Numbered from the stretch's first letter, positions 51,307-61,514 are shown. The stretch: DNA of 64,000 nt from an uncultured Anaerolineales bacterium (GCA_964612845.1 CAZTEO010000002.1:1690-65689); one strand, 5' to 3'. Notes: generated by a model from the sequence alone, not told the origin. Numbers and translations are program-made.

Positions 51307-53568
51307 CTAGCCGGTATCTTCCAACACATCATCTTCGCCCAAGAGTACCCGGCGTTTTCGACCCGCGGCACGTTGGGGGCCGACGATGCCCATAGCTTCC
51401 ATCTCTTCCATGAGACGTGCTGCCCGTGGATAACTAATGCGCAGTCTGCGTTGGATGCCCGACGTTGTGATTTTGCCCTGATCGCGTGCCAGTGCGATGG
51501 CTTGTTCTAGCAACTCGGCGTCTTCAGGTTCTCCCTCAATACGTAGTTTCTCCGGCCCTTCCTGCTCGGCGGCGACTTCCCAGGGTGCCTTGGCAGGCGT
51601 GGCGCCCCCCTGCTGTTGCCAGAAGTCAATGAGCGCCGTGATTTCTTCCTCTGAGACGAAGCAGCCCTGGATACGGCGCGGCGCGGCGGCGTCGGGCGGG
51701 AGGAAGAGCATGTCGCCACGACCCAATAGCGTCTCTGCCCCTGGCTTGTCCAGGATCACGCGTGAGTCAACGCTGCTAGCGGTTCCAAAGCTGATCCGCG
51801 CGGGGAAGTTGGCCTTGATTAGCCCCGTGACCACGTCAGTGCTGGGGCGTTGGGTAGCTACGACTAAGTGGATGCCGGTTGCGCGGGCCATTTGTGCGAT
51901 GCGGGTCAGCGTGCGTTCTGTGTCTTCCGGGGCTGCCATCATAAGATCCGCCAGCTCGTCGATCAGGACCACGATGCGTGGTTTGGTCGCCTCGCCCTTG
52001 CGTTGGGCTTTCTGGTTGAAGTGATCCAGATTGCGCGCCCCGACTTCGGCAAACTCCTTGTAGCGGTTGTCCATTTCCACTGCCGTCCAACGCAGCACCC
52101 GTAGTACTCGGTCTAAATCTGTTTCGGCCACGCCCAGTAGATGTGGTAGACCGTTGAGGTGGCTGAGTTCGACCATTTTGGGATCGATGGCGATGAGCCT
52201 TAGTTCCTGTGGCGTGTTGTGCATGAGCAGGCTGACCGCCAGGGATTTAACAAAGACCGACTTACCACTGCCTGTGGTCCCGGCGATGAGAAGGTGCGGC
52301 ATCTTGGCAAGATCTGCTACGATCACGCTGCCTGCTACATTTAGCCCAACGGCAAAGCAGAGGGGGGCGGTGCAGTTCTGGAAGGCTTCGCTTTGCAATA
52401 CCCGTCGAAGCGTGATGAGCTCGATACTGTCATTTGGAACCTCAATGCCGACGATGGCACGACCGGGCACCGGCGCCTCCATACGGAGCGAGCGTGCGGC
52501 TAGTGCCAGCGCCAGATCGTCTGAAAGTGACGTAATCTGGCTGACACGTACTTTGCGCTCACGTTTGCCGTCTTCGCCCCGGCTGAGGTATCCAGGCGTG
52601 ATCCCGAATTGGGTCACAGTCGGACCCAACCGTACTTCGGTTACCTCTGCGGGAATTCCAAACTGGGCCAACGTCTCCTCAATGATGCGGCTCTTGCGCC
52701 GTGTCTCCTGGTCGTTCATGCTGCTGCCCTCTCCGGGTTTCAGCAGTGTGTGGGGGGGCAGTGTGACCTTTGAGGCTGACGGAGACGGCCGCGATACGCG
52801 TTTGCGTTTTGATGATTTGGACCGCTGCTCTTTTTTGGGCGGAGTCGATGTTTTATCTGGTGGAGGCGACGGTGTTTCAGTTTTCTCAATGGGGGAGCTG
52901 GCAATGCCATTTCCCAAGATCGCAACTTCAGGCTCTGTTGCCGAAGCTGCCGTGGACTGTCTGGCTGCTCGTTGGTCTTGATATGTTCGCCAGATCTCTC
53001 CCAGCCGCTTGCCCACGTTTTGAATCTCTTGTCCGGTGACGTCGTAGGCCAGCCCCGTACCTATGAACGTGAGCAGGGCCATCAAGACGCCCGTGCTCAA
53101 CGGACCGAGGTAGTTGATGAGAAAGACACAGAGCGCCCAGCCGACGACGCCCCCGCCTCGACCTGATTCGACCAGCCGCCAGCCTTCCTGGCGGAGCAGC
53201 GTGTGGGTTAACCCCAGCAGGCCGAAGAGCGCCATCTCCAGGCCGAGAAAAGGACGCCAACGCCAGATGGTCGGCTTGTGTACCAGATGTCGGAGCCAGA
53301 GCAGACCCAGAGCGGTGATTAGTACCGCGGTGGGATAAGCCCCCCAACCGAAAAGCAGCACCAGCAGGCGCGCCCAGCTGTTAATGATCGCGCCGGAGTT
53401 CAATCCGGCTACGGTTGAAAGGGTCAATATGCCCAACGAGATAACGGCCAGGGAGAGCAGCTGCTGTCCAGTCGGCCCCCCCAAGATTTTGGAGAGTCGT
53501 CGGACGACGCGGTCGCTGGCCGATTCCGCCGGAGCCTTTTTGGCCTGGCCCTTTCTAGGGCGGGCCAT
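51307..53568 (-). CDS. ftsK: DNA translocase FtsK/SpoIIIE
   Basis: N-terminal TM helices, PT/S-rich linker, Walker A AGTTGSGKS, Walker B VVLIDELADL, C-terminal gamma winged helix (GKITTSGIQRRLRISYPRAARLMEEME). Start uncertain: ATG 53568 chosen, ATG 53592 also possible. Confidence 0.85.
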   Translation of the reverse strand: MARPRKGQAKKAPAESASDRVVRRLSKILGGPTGQQLLSLAVISLGILTLSTVAGLNSGAIINSWARLLVLLFGWGAYPTAVLITALGLLWLRHLVHKPTIWRWRPFLGLEMALFGLLGLTHTLLRQEGWRLVESGRGGGVVGWALCVFLINYLGPLSTGVLMALLTFIGTGLAYDVTGQEIQNVGKRLGEIWRTYQDQRAARQSTAASATEPEVAILGNGIASSPIEKTETPSPPPDKTSTPPKKEQRSKSSKRKRVSRPSPSASKVTLPPHTLLKPGEGSSMNDQETRRKSRIIEETLAQFGIPAEVTEVRLGPTVTQFGITPGYLSRGEDGKRERKVRVSQITSLSDDLALALAARSLRMEAPVPGRAIVGIEVPNDSIELITLRRVLQSEAFQNCTAPLCFAVGLNVAGSVIVADLAKMPHLLIAGTTGSGKSVFVKSLAVSLLMHNTPQELRLIAIDPKMVELSHLNGLPHLLGVAETDLDRVLRVLRWTAVEMDNRYKEFAEVGARNLDHFNQKAQRKGEATKPRIVVLIDELADLMMAAPEDTERTLTRIAQMARATGIHLVVATQRPSTDVVTGLIKANFPARISFGTASSVDSRVILDKPGAETLLGRGDMLFLPPDAAAPRRIQGCFVSEEEITALIDFWQQQGGATPAKAPWEVAAEQEGPEKLRIEGEPEDAELLEQAIALARDQGKITTSGIQRRLRISYPRAARLMEEMEAMGIVGPQRAAGRKRRVLLGEDDVLEDTG

Positions 53569-53584
53569 CGGATAGTTTTTGCGT

Positions 53585-54535
53585 CTAGGCATAGGCTTGG
53601 TGATGTGAGTTGGGCAGGCCGAGAGCGATGCGGTGTTCTTGAGGGGTGATATCGAGAACGCGGACATCAATGGGGTCGCCGATACGATAGCTGCGGGTCA
53701 GCGTATCTGCAGCGTTTTGATCGTGTTTGCAGATTTCAGAGATATGTAACAGGCCCTCTAATCCGTCCACGAGCTCCACGAAAACGCCAAAATTCTCCAC
53801 GCCGGCGATCTTCCCGGTCATCTTGTCTCCGCAGGTGATGTGGTCTTCAACGGTATCCCAGGGGTTAGATTTCAGGCGTTTCACGCTGAGTCCCACCCGT
53901 TGCTGGTCTTGATCTACGTCCAATATCAGGACCTGGATGACCTCCTTGGGTTTTAAGAAGTCGGCGGGATGGCGTACGCGCCCCCAGGAGATCTCGGAGA
54001 TGTGCACCATGCCCTCCATCGGGCCGATGTCCACAAAGGCGCCGAAGGGGCGGACGCTGGTGACTTCTCCTTCGCAAATAGTGCCTGGCTCAAGCCATGT
54101 GGGCCAGCTGACCTGTTCGCGTTCGCAGTCTTCAACTTGGCGTTCGGAAAACAGAATACGGTTGCGTGAAGGATCGACCTCGATGATACAGAGCCGTATT
54201 TCCTGACCGATGTATTCCTGGAAACGCGCTTTTCGTGCAACAGGATCGGCGGGAAACGGGTAGGCAACGAGGTGGGAAGCAGGAATAAAACATTCCACCT
54301 CTTCCCAAAAGGCGATCAGGCCGCCTTTGTTATAGCCGACAATCTCAAGGGACATGATCTTGTGAGCCTCTTGTGCTGCTCTCGCCTTATCCCAAATCTC
54401 AGCAGAAATCGGCGGAGTCTCTGTCCACTCCCATAGGCCAGGCGCGATGCCGGTGCTGAGTGTGCCTTCTTCCAAAAGAGCTGTCCAATAAGGTTCACAA
54501 GGGGGATGCTTTGGGGGAATATAGACCGCTTCCAT
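53585..54535 (-). CDS. S1 RNA-binding domain protein (three S1 domains) with a unique N-terminal ~55-aa region
   Basis: VTSVRPFGAFVDIGPMEGMVHISEIS and IAGVENFGVFVELVDGLEGLLHISEI are S1 signatures. Confidence 0.7.
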   Translation of the reverse strand: MEAVYIPPKHPPCEPYWTALLEEGTLSTGIAPGLWEWTETPPISAEIWDKARAAQEAHKIMSLEIVGYNKGGLIAFWEEVECFIPASHLVAYPFPADPVARKARFQEYIGQEIRLCIIEVDPSRNRILFSERQVEDCEREQVSWPTWLEPGTICEGEVTSVRPFGAFVDIGPMEGMVHISEISWGRVRHPADFLKPKEVIQVLILDVDQDQQRVGLSVKRLKSNPWDTVEDHITCGDKMTGKIAGVENFGVFVELVDGLEGLLHISEICKHDQNAADTLTRSYRIGDPIDVRVLDITPQEHRIALGLPNSHHQAYA

Positions 54536-54631
54536 GATAAATCCTTCTCCTTACCACCGATATTGCAGTAATAAACCTATAAATATGTTGACTAGATGAT
54601 AACGGGTCCTGACCGCAAATCTGATGTGGGG

Positions 54632-56536
54632 TCAAGGGTGCTTCTGTACGCTGTTCTCTTCCGATGCTGAACGACCTTCTCTGGCGTGAGTTTCCATATC
54701 AGCGATGATCCGTGCCAGATTCTCAATGGCTACACGTTGCTTCCGATAAAGGTCTGACTCGCTCACAGCCAGTTGCATGGCGACCTCGCGCACTTTCTGC
54801 CCCCGTAGGAACTTCATCTCTAGGATATTGTATAACAACCATTCAGGTGCTGTCAACTTCCGTTCACCCGCAGGGCGTAATCGCTCAATCCCTTCCGACA
54901 GTATGGCGCGCAGGGCCTTGATAGAGTTATGATCGTGCTCTGGAATGGCCTGCTGGACGATCTGTAGTTCCAGTAGCGGGTTCTCTGTAAGACGCGGTCC
55001 ACCCCAGTAGTGAGCGAGGGCGTCGTGAATCTCGTCGGCGATCTCTTCTGGATCTACCTTTGATAGCTCCGCGACCGGCTGCCCTTCATGGCGTAGGGTC
55101 CCTCGCAAGCGCTGAATCTCTCCCAACTCGTCAAGTAGGGGCGTCAGGGCCATGAAGACGAACTGCTGGAGTCGCCGGTCATCCAGGGCGGTGCTGGCTT
55201 GATCGAGTAGTTGTCCCAGCTGCTCTTCCTTCGTGGGAGGGAGGGGAAGCGAGGCCTCGGGCGAGCGCAGCCCTAGCAGCCCCAGGAGATTCTTTCCCGA
55301 CTTATCTCGGATAGGGGCGATCCAATAGTCGTTCCAGATAAGAAACCCGTCTTGCTGGAGTGTTTTGGCGGCTTCGGGGATGGGAAAGCTGGCGACTTCC
55401 TCCCGTGAGATGTGATGACCACACCAGATCTCGCGGTGTAGGTGATCCTCTTGCAGGGTAGCGATAAAGCCGCCCTGACTGCTGACCAGCTCGCACATGG
55501 CGGCGAGTAGGTTCTCCAGGAACTGGCGCAAGTCTGCTGTGGTCAATAGGCGCTGGCTGAGCTCCTGAATTTGCGCTACTTCTTCTTGACCCTCACGGTA
55601 GAGGGCCAGGTCGAGCAGCGGCTTGCCCAATTCCACGGCGAGCTGGGCCAGAATAATCACCACCGCGGCCGCGACCAGCGAGAAGCTGTATTGACCAAGC
55701 CCCCATCTTCGCTCCAATGTGAGGCCGACGCCAAAAGCGCTCAACGCGAGCAGGGCGGTCGCAGGGCCTCGCAAGAGAAAGCGAACGAGCCGATGTTTGA
55801 TCACCCGCTCCGGTGTCAGCGTGCCGATAAAGGCTACACTGTAGGCCATAAGTGCCAGCATGATCGCAATAGCAATATTGCCGATGATCAACAGTCCCCA
55901 GAGTAAGGCGCTTGGCAGTACTGCAGGCCAGCCAATAATCAGTAAGTAAGGGAAGACACCCAGGGCCGGCGCCAGGAAGCCGAGAGAGAGGTAAGCCATG
56001 CGACGTTGGGCGGCGCTGGTCTGACAGTGCCGGCGCGCGATGTTGGTCTCTCGCCATCCCCATAAGGTGACGATGGCAAAGAACAGCGAGAAAGGATAAA
56101 AGAGCGGACCAGGTCGTAAGTGGAGGGCGCTGGCGATGGTGATGCCGTTATGGACGATCCAATCGGTGAAAAGCGCCAGAAACATTACACTCGTGCTGAG
56201 GGTCAGGCTGCTCAAACGTAACCAGCGGGGTAGGTTATCCTCTTGCACAGAGCGCCGGATCGAACGTGAAAACTCGAGATAGAGTGTCGGGGTGAACGCA
56301 ATACCGATCCACTGCATGCGCAGGAGCAAATCGCTCACGTCGTGATCGTAGCTGTCGGTTAGCAGAATATCGACTGCGTATACGATGATAACGCAGATAA
56401 GCAATCCGTTGAGGCTCCTGGCTACACGGCTTTCTCGATTGTAGAAAAAGAGGTAGAGCATTAGGGCAAACGCGGTCGCGGCCACGCTTGCTGTCAATAC
56501 GTCATTGACACTGATAAGGAAGTTCAACCAATCCAT
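54632..56536 (-). CDS. membrane-bound one-component regulator: N-terminal ~7-TM sensor module, GAF-like domain, C-terminal sigma-70 region-4-like HTH
   Basis: Hydrophobic for the first ~270 aa. The C-terminus LRGQKVREVAMQLAVSESDLYRKQRVAIENLARII reads as a helix-turn-helix. No kinase motifs. Confidence 0.55.
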   Translation of the reverse strand: MDWLNFLISVNDVLTASVAATAFALMLYLFFYNRESRVARSLNGLLICVIIVYAVDILLTDSYDHDVSDLLLRMQWIGIAFTPTLYLEFSRSIRRSVQEDNLPRWLRLSSLTLSTSVMFLALFTDWIVHNGITIASALHLRPGPLFYPFSLFFAIVTLWGWRETNIARRHCQTSAAQRRMAYLSLGFLAPALGVFPYLLIIGWPAVLPSALLWGLLIIGNIAIAIMLALMAYSVAFIGTLTPERVIKHRLVRFLLRGPATALLALSAFGVGLTLERRWGLGQYSFSLVAAAVVIILAQLAVELGKPLLDLALYREGQEEVAQIQELSQRLLTTADLRQFLENLLAAMCELVSSQGGFIATLQEDHLHREIWCGHHISREEVASFPIPEAAKTLQQDGFLIWNDYWIAPIRDKSGKNLLGLLGLRSPEASLPLPPTKEEQLGQLLDQASTALDDRRLQQFVFMALTPLLDELGEIQRLRGTLRHEGQPVAELSKVDPEEIADEIHDALAHYWGGPRLTENPLLELQIVQQAIPEHDHNSIKALRAILSEGIERLRPAGERKLTAPEWLLYNILEMKFLRGQKVREVAMQLAVSESDLYRKQRVAIENLARIIADMETHAREGRSASEENSVQKHP

Positions 56537-56601
56537 ATAACCTGATAGCCAAAAAGTATGGGAAGCTTGTCCATAAAGGCAGTGCGTCTTAGAACTATCA
56601 T

Positions 56602-56695
56602 CTGAGGCTTGTTTTGGGCTTCAAACGCGCATTCTCTTGATGACACGGGTAGAGTGTATTCAGGAATTGGGAAGTTATGCCTTAACAAGCCCTTA
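56602..56695 (-). repeat. copy B of the roughly 90-nt dispersed repeat; its first three nt are the TAA stop of the GNAT gene
   Basis: Minus-strand reading: TAAGGGCTTGTTAAGGCATAACTTCCCAATTCCTGAATACACTCTACCCGTGTCATCAAGAGAATGCGCGTTTGAAGCCCAAAACAAGCCTCAG. Terminal GGCTTGTT / AACAAGCC are complementary. Confidence 0.7.
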
Positions 56696-57223
56696 ATGAA
56701 GGCGCTTGCGGAAAAAGAGCCCTACTTCCTGGTCGGGCCAATAACTGTCTTGGAAACCGCACATAGAGAAGCCGCGTTTCTGCGCGAATGCGATGGCGGG
56801 TTCCGCCTTAAGCTGGCATTCAAGCACAAGCTGTTCTACGCTCTTGCGTCCGCACCAGTAGGTGACCTGATCCAGTAATTGCCCTCCAATGCCACGGCGG
56901 CGTTGGTCCGCAGCCACGACCAGATCGAGGATACGCGCCTGCCGATTTTGTGGCTCTAAACGCACGCCGATGTAGCCAAAGAGCTGCATGTGCTCAACTG
57001 CGACCCAGAATCCATCACAGCGCTCCCACGCAAGTAGACGGTCTTCATCTCTTATGACGGATTGGACTTTTTGCTTGCGAGGCAGACGGACTTCGCGGAA
57101 ACGCACGCTCCAGGTGGCGTTTCGCCAGATCTCCTCCATCTGCCAGGCGAGCTCAGTTTTATAAGATGTATCAAGTGCCAGACAGCGCTCCCAATCATCG
57201 CTGCGGACAGATCGGATACGCAA
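56693..57223 (-). CDS. GNAT family N-acetyltransferase
   Basis: Acetyl-CoA motif A LVVAADQRRRGIGGQLL, then AFAQKRGF. Confidence 0.8.
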   Translation of the reverse strand: MRIRSVRSDDWERCLALDTSYKTELAWQMEEIWRNATWSVRFREVRLPRKQKVQSVIRDEDRLLAWERCDGFWVAVEHMQLFGYIGVRLEPQNRQARILDLVVAADQRRRGIGGQLLDQVTYWCGRKSVEQLVLECQLKAEPAIAFAQKRGFSMCGFQDSYWPDQEVGLFFRKRLH

Positions 57224-57258
57224 GATGTCACCTCCCTAACTTATATTTTTACGGCCCT

Positions 57259-58041
57259 TTATGGTGCCACAATATAGACTGGAATGATGCAGCCTGTCGT
57301 GTTCCCGTAGATGTCTACCGCAACCAGGCGGAAGCGATAGGGCCCGCCTGCAGGATAGCGCAACGGATCGGAAATATCCCAGTACCCCAGGATGCCGTTT
57401 TCTACCGGCGAGTCAAACTGGCTGATGAAGTTTGGCGCCTCTGAGTCGGGGAACTCCACCTCGAATTTATAATAGGCGAAGGCGTTGAGTGTGGCAGTCC
57501 CTCTGACTTCTACGACGCCGGAGAGCTGACTGCCAGCAGCGGGTGCGATGATCTGGACATTGGGTGAAGGACAGAGCGGAGGTTCGGCGGTGGGTAGGGG
57601 AGTGGAAGTGGGGGTGGGAGATGGCTGGTCCGTAGGCTGCGCCCCGGCCTCTGGCGTCTGATCCGGCGCGCCTGGCTCGGCTCCAGGCGTGGTCAGCGGG
57701 GGCAGCGTGGGTGTCATGGTAGGCGTCAGAGTAGTGGTAGGCGTGGGCTGGGGGGTGAGACCCGCTTCCAGTGGCGGCGTCGGAGTCTCCACCGCCGGAA
57801 TTTCTGGAATGACAAAGCGGTTGATTAGAAAGATAAGGATGCCCAAAAGCAGGAAGAGACCCGCCGTGATCCAGGCGCGGGTCACTTTCTGTTGAACAAC
57901 CCTCTTTTCCAGGGAAAACTGTGCTGCCTGTAGTCGCCGCCGGGCCGTCAGTGCGGTGACGATATACGTGACCATGCCGATCAGGCAGGCCAGGTAGAAA
58001 AGTAACGCCTGGCGTGACAGCCATTGTAAGAGTACGCTCAT
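57259..58041 (-). CDS. membrane-anchored secreted protein with a PT-rich linker and a C-terminal Ig-like beta domain
   Basis: Two N-terminal TM helices, TPTPP/TPTLP linker. C-terminal domain VQIIAPAAGSQLSGVVEVRGTA...YYKFEV...YRFRLVAVD. Confidence 0.5.
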   Translation of the reverse strand: MSVLLQWLSRQALLFYLACLIGMVTYIVTALTARRRLQAAQFSLEKRVVQQKVTRAWITAGLFLLLGILIFLINRFVIPEIPAVETPTPPLEAGLTPQPTPTTTLTPTMTPTLPPLTTPGAEPGAPDQTPEAGAQPTDQPSPTPTSTPLPTAEPPLCPSPNVQIIAPAAGSQLSGVVEVRGTATLNAFAYYKFEVEFPDSEAPNFISQFDSPVENGILGYWDISDPLRYPAGGPYRFRLVAVDIYGNTTGCIIPVYIVAP

Positions 58042-58200
58042 CGAAGGACCAAGGGGGCGTGGCGATATCCCCCGCTATGCACGCTGTGCCACTGCATGGT
58101 GTTGGCAGCCGGGGATGAGCTCCGCGGCTCTCTATGAGATGTGATCGGCACCTCAACGCGCATGCTGGTTGCCATGTTAGACTTCTGTTCCTGATACAGT

Positions 58201-59043
58201 TTAGACAAGGGAGGTATTGAGTATGCCGCGGATGATGGTTTCCATATATGGGACCAGCTGCTTACCGGCTTCCAGGACCTCTTCGTGGTTGGGAGGCGGC
58301 GCGCCCTCTTCGCCGACCAGTTTGTTGGTGATACCGGAGAGTCCCAGGACCTGAGTCCCACCATGACGGGCGACGGTGACTTCCGGCACCGTGGACATGC
58401 CAACGGCATCGGCGCCGATGGTGCGCAGGAAACGTACGTCTGCCGGTGTCTCGAAACTCGGTCCAGCCAGGCAAATGTAGACACCCTGATGGTGCGGAAT
58501 GCCCGCGTCCAGGGCGATCTCATGGGCCGCTTGCCGCAGATCGGGATCGTATGCGCCGTTCATGCTGGGGAAACGCGGGCCAAGCTCCTCGATGTTTGGG
58601 CCGTAGAGTGGATTCTGACCCGCCATGCCCAACAAGTTGATATGGTCCCGGATGATCATCACGTCGCCGGGATGGTAGCTGAGGTTCAGACCGCCGGCTG
58701 CGTTAGTCACGATAAGCGTCTGGATGCCCAATACTTGCATCACACGCACAGGGAATCCTACCTGGGTGATGGGGTAGCCTTCGTAGAAGTGTGCGCGCCC
58801 CTGCATGACCATGACCGGTTGTCCTTCCAGGTGTCCGATCACCAGGCGTCCCTCGTGCCCCTCTACGGTGGATACGGGATAGTTCGGCAGCCCCTGGTAG
58901 GGAATGATCGTAGCGTCTTCAATAGATTCCGCCAGGGCGTTGAGCCCCGATCCCAAGATCATGCCCACTCTGGGCGTCAGGTCGGTGTGCTCTCTGATGA
59001 TATTGACTGCGTTCTCAAAGTCTTGCATAGTGAAGTGTTTCAT
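58201..59043 (-). CDS. punA: purine nucleoside phosphorylase (trimeric PNP-I / PunA type)
   Basis: GMILGSGLN...STVEGHEGRLVIG...VMQGRAHFYEGY...LIVTNAAGGLN...GPRFP...EVTVAR is the PunA/PNP pattern. Confidence 0.85.
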   Translation of the reverse strand: MKHFTMQDFENAVNIIREHTDLTPRVGMILGSGLNALAESIEDATIIPYQGLPNYPVSTVEGHEGRLVIGHLEGQPVMVMQGRAHFYEGYPITQVGFPVRVMQVLGIQTLIVTNAAGGLNLSYHPGDVMIIRDHINLLGMAGQNPLYGPNIEELGPRFPSMNGAYDPDLRQAAHEIALDAGIPHHQGVYICLAGPSFETPADVRFLRTIGADAVGMSTVPEVTVARHGGTQVLGLSGITNKLVGEEGAPPPNHEEVLEAGKQLVPYMETIIRGILNTSLV

Positions 59044-59103
59044 ATAGCAGCTCCTTATTGAACTATGGACCGTCTCTGGCTATCTTTATCAAAAGTGCGT
59101 GTT

Positions 59104-60012
59104 TCAAGTCTGATCTTTGGTCTCAAATGCGCGTGGATGAGCTTGATCGTATGCTTCACGCTTGCGGCGGCTGGTTACTTTCGTATAAATCTGCGTGGTT
59201 GAGATGCTGGCGTGTCCTAGGAATTGCTGGAGTTCCCGCAGATCGGCGCCGCCTTCCAAGAGGTGCGTGGCAAAGGTATGGCGGAGGGTGTGTGGAGTAA
59301 CTTTGTCTTCAAGTCCAGCAACTTCTGCACATTGCTGAACAATAAACCATAGGCCCTGGCGCGTCAACGGTTGGCCGATGTGGTTCAGAAATAGGATGGT
59401 CTCTTTTGCCTTACGCAGAATAAAAGGTCGTCCTTTGGTAATATACGTTTTGGTGGCTTTCAGGGCTTTGTTATGCAGCGGAATGATGCGCTCCTTGCTG
59501 CCCTTGCCCATGCACCGCAGGGTCCCTTGCTCGAAGTCGATGTCGTGTGTGGCTAGCGCGACCGCTTCGGTCGCTCGCAGTCCGCTGGCGTAAAGAACCT
59601 CGATCAGGGCGTGATCCCGGAGTCCCAAGGGGGTTTCATCTTGCGCAGCCGCCTCTAAGAGTGTCTCAATCTCCTCGTGGGTCAGCGCTTTGGGCAGACG
59701 GCGTCCGACCTTGGGCTGCTGCAGCCATTCCGTCATGTCGCTCTCCAGTACGCCTTCGGCGAATAGGAACTTCAGGAATGAACGGCTGGCAGCTACTTTG
59801 CGGGCGACACTGGAGGAGCTATACCGCTCGTGCAACCACCCGACAAAATCTTGGAGCATCTCCGGCGTGAGCTCTTGCCATGATTTTAACCCTTCCTCAT
59901 CGACAAATGCCAGGAGCTGCTTGAGATCGCCACGGTACGCCGCAAGTGTATTGTCGGCGTATCCGCGCTCGTACTCAATATATTTCAGAAATTGCTCTGT
60001 ATGAAAGTTCAT
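59104..60012 (-). CDS. site-specific tyrosine recombinase, XerC/XerD family
   Basis: N-terminal SAM-like domain FLKYIEYERGYADNTLAAYRGDL. Catalytic residues sit in ASGLRATE, HTLRHTFATHLLEGGADLRELQQFLGH and TQIYTKV. Confidence 0.8.
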   Translation of the reverse strand: MNFHTEQFLKYIEYERGYADNTLAAYRGDLKQLLAFVDEEGLKSWQELTPEMLQDFVGWLHERYSSSSVARKVAASRSFLKFLFAEGVLESDMTEWLQQPKVGRRLPKALTHEEIETLLEAAAQDETPLGLRDHALIEVLYASGLRATEAVALATHDIDFEQGTLRCMGKGSKERIIPLHNKALKATKTYITKGRPFILRKAKETILFLNHIGQPLTRQGLWFIVQQCAEVAGLEDKVTPHTLRHTFATHLLEGGADLRELQQFLGHASISTTQIYTKVTSRRKREAYDQAHPRAFETKDQT

Positions 60013-60137
60013 GTCTGGTTGAGATTACTATACCAAGATGAGATTTATCAATCGGATTATAGCATAACCGGTCTGAAACCCAAAAGAGAGTGGGCATCCG
60101 CCATAACGCTTGGGGTGCGGTGTGCGGACGACGCGCG

Positions 60138-61262
60138 TTACTGGGATAGCGACTGTATGATATCGGCGATCTGCGCTGCCGCATGGGGACGAGCGAGGTC
60201 TCGGGCATGTGCAGCCATCGCGCGACGGCGCGCGGGTGCGTTGAGCAGCAGTTGGATGCTTTCTGCTGCACGGGCGGGACGGGGCGCCCACAGCCCAGCG
60301 CCGCCGTCCACGACGTAGCGCACGTTTCCGGTTTCTTGTCCAGGGATAGCGTCATAGAGCACCAGCGGGCAGCCGGCGATGAACGCTTCAGCGAGCGTAT
60401 TAGGTCCCGCCTTTGTGACCAGGAGATCAGCGGCGCGCATCCATAAAGCCATGTTCTGAGCGTATCCTACGACGTGAAGACGATGTGTGTGCTCTAACGC
60501 TTTGAGTTGGCGATAAAGGGGATCGTTGCGTCCAGTGATGGCGATAAGAAGAGGTGGGGTTTGATCAGACGGGTGTTGTGTAAACGCCCGGATTGCGCGC
60601 ACGAACGGGCCGATGCCATCGCTGCCGCCTGCGAAGAGTACGATGTCTCCCATCAATGGAAGGTTGAGACGGGCGCGCGCTTCTCTCTGCGGTAACTTCA
60701 TCAGTTCCACAAAATGGGAACGGGTGGGTACGCCGACCACCTTTACCTGGGAAGGGGTCACATTCCAGTGCAAGGCCCGCGCTCGCGCTGCGTCCGTCGG
60801 CACGACGTGCTGAGCGAAGTTCGGTGCGAACGTTGCGGCATGAACGTTGACCAGATCCTGGGAGACGCTGATCAGGGGCGGTGCAGTGTCGAGCTCGCGT
60901 TTGGCTATGCTCAACACGTCGTTGATCACGGGGTGAAAGGAGACGATGACGTCAGCGGTGTGCCTTGCCAGCAGGGCGCGTAATGCCGGGGCGATGTAGG
61001 GCCAGACGAGGCGAGCTAGGAAGCCAGCGACCGAACGGTGGTCCGTCAGTCGGTAGAAGAGCCCCCACGGGATGCCTCCCAGACCGATCATGGTCGGCCA
61101 GAGGATGGGGAAATGTAGAAAGGGCCAGGGCAGAGCTTTGAAGAAGTCGATCAGGACGATGTCGGGCTGATCGCTCTCCCGACGTTGTAGGGCGTCTCGA
61201 ACTGCGTCAGCCGCCGCGCGATGGCCTCCGCCCGTATCAGAGAAGAAGAAAAGCAACCGCAT
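60138..61262 (-). CDS. MGDG-synthase-like glycosyltransferase (GT28 family, diacylglycerol glycosyltransferase type)
   Basis: Start set to ATG 61262. MRLLFFFSDTGGGHRAAADAV is the family N-terminal signature. GT-B C-terminal half ADLLVTKAGPNTLAEA. Confidence 0.75.
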   Translation of the reverse strand: MRLLFFFSDTGGGHRAAADAVRDALQRRESDQPDIVLIDFFKALPWPFLHFPILWPTMIGLGGIPWGLFYRLTDHRSVAGFLARLVWPYIAPALRALLARHTADVIVSFHPVINDVLSIAKRELDTAPPLISVSQDLVNVHAATFAPNFAQHVVPTDAARARALHWNVTPSQVKVVGVPTRSHFVELMKLPQREARARLNLPLMGDIVLFAGGSDGIGPFVRAIRAFTQHPSDQTPPLLIAITGRNDPLYRQLKALEHTHRLHVVGYAQNMALWMRAADLLVTKAGPNTLAEAFIAGCPLVLYDAIPGQETGNVRYVVDGGAGLWAPRPARAAESIQLLLNAPARRRAMAAHARDLARPHAAAQIADIIQSLSQ

Positions 61263-61276
61263 GTTGTGCGGTGCCG

Positions 61277-61486
61277 CTAGACCTCGTCTGCAGGGCCGCG
61301 TTCCAGAAAGCGCTTGATGCTCAATTCGAAGCGCCGGCGCGGCATCATGACGTAGTGACCGCAGGTGAGGCACTCAGCGCCGATATCGGCGCCGACGCGC
61401 TCCACGCGCCAGGTCGTGCCGCCGCATGGATGCGCCTTGCGAAGTTCGACCACATCGCCGATACGTAAATCCAAGGGGCCTTTCAT
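61277..61486 (-). CDS. DUF951 family small protein
   Basis: [45 protein letters not shown] matches the DUF951 (YyzM-like) pattern. Confidence 0.7.
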   Translation of the reverse strand: MKGPLDLRIGDVVELRKAHPCGGTTWRVERVGADIGAECLTCGHYVMMPRRRFELSIKRFLERGPADEV

Positions 61487-61514
61487 GCGCTCTCTTCCTC
61501 CCTCCCGGTCTCTA

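Noticed and set aside
52067-52981. 304-aa plus-strand ORF inside ftsK
   Set aside because: It is antisense to the FtsK motor domain (Walker A/B present on the minus strand). The product is Ser/Arg-rich.
53569-53670. Longer N-terminus for FtsK (track start 53670)
   Set aside because: It would overlap the upstream S1-domain gene by 86 nt. The added residues are not FtsK-like, and internal ATGs at 53592 and 53568 are more plausible.
58285-59061. 258-aa plus-strand ORF overlapping punA
   Set aside because: It is antisense to a clear purine nucleoside phosphorylase sequence and has no independent support.
59104-60012. Tyrosine recombinase as a marker of an integrated mobile element
   Set aside because: The sequence and size are those of housekeeping XerC/XerD. 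There is no adjacent tRNA, direct repeats, phage or IS genes, and the flanking genes are core metabolism.
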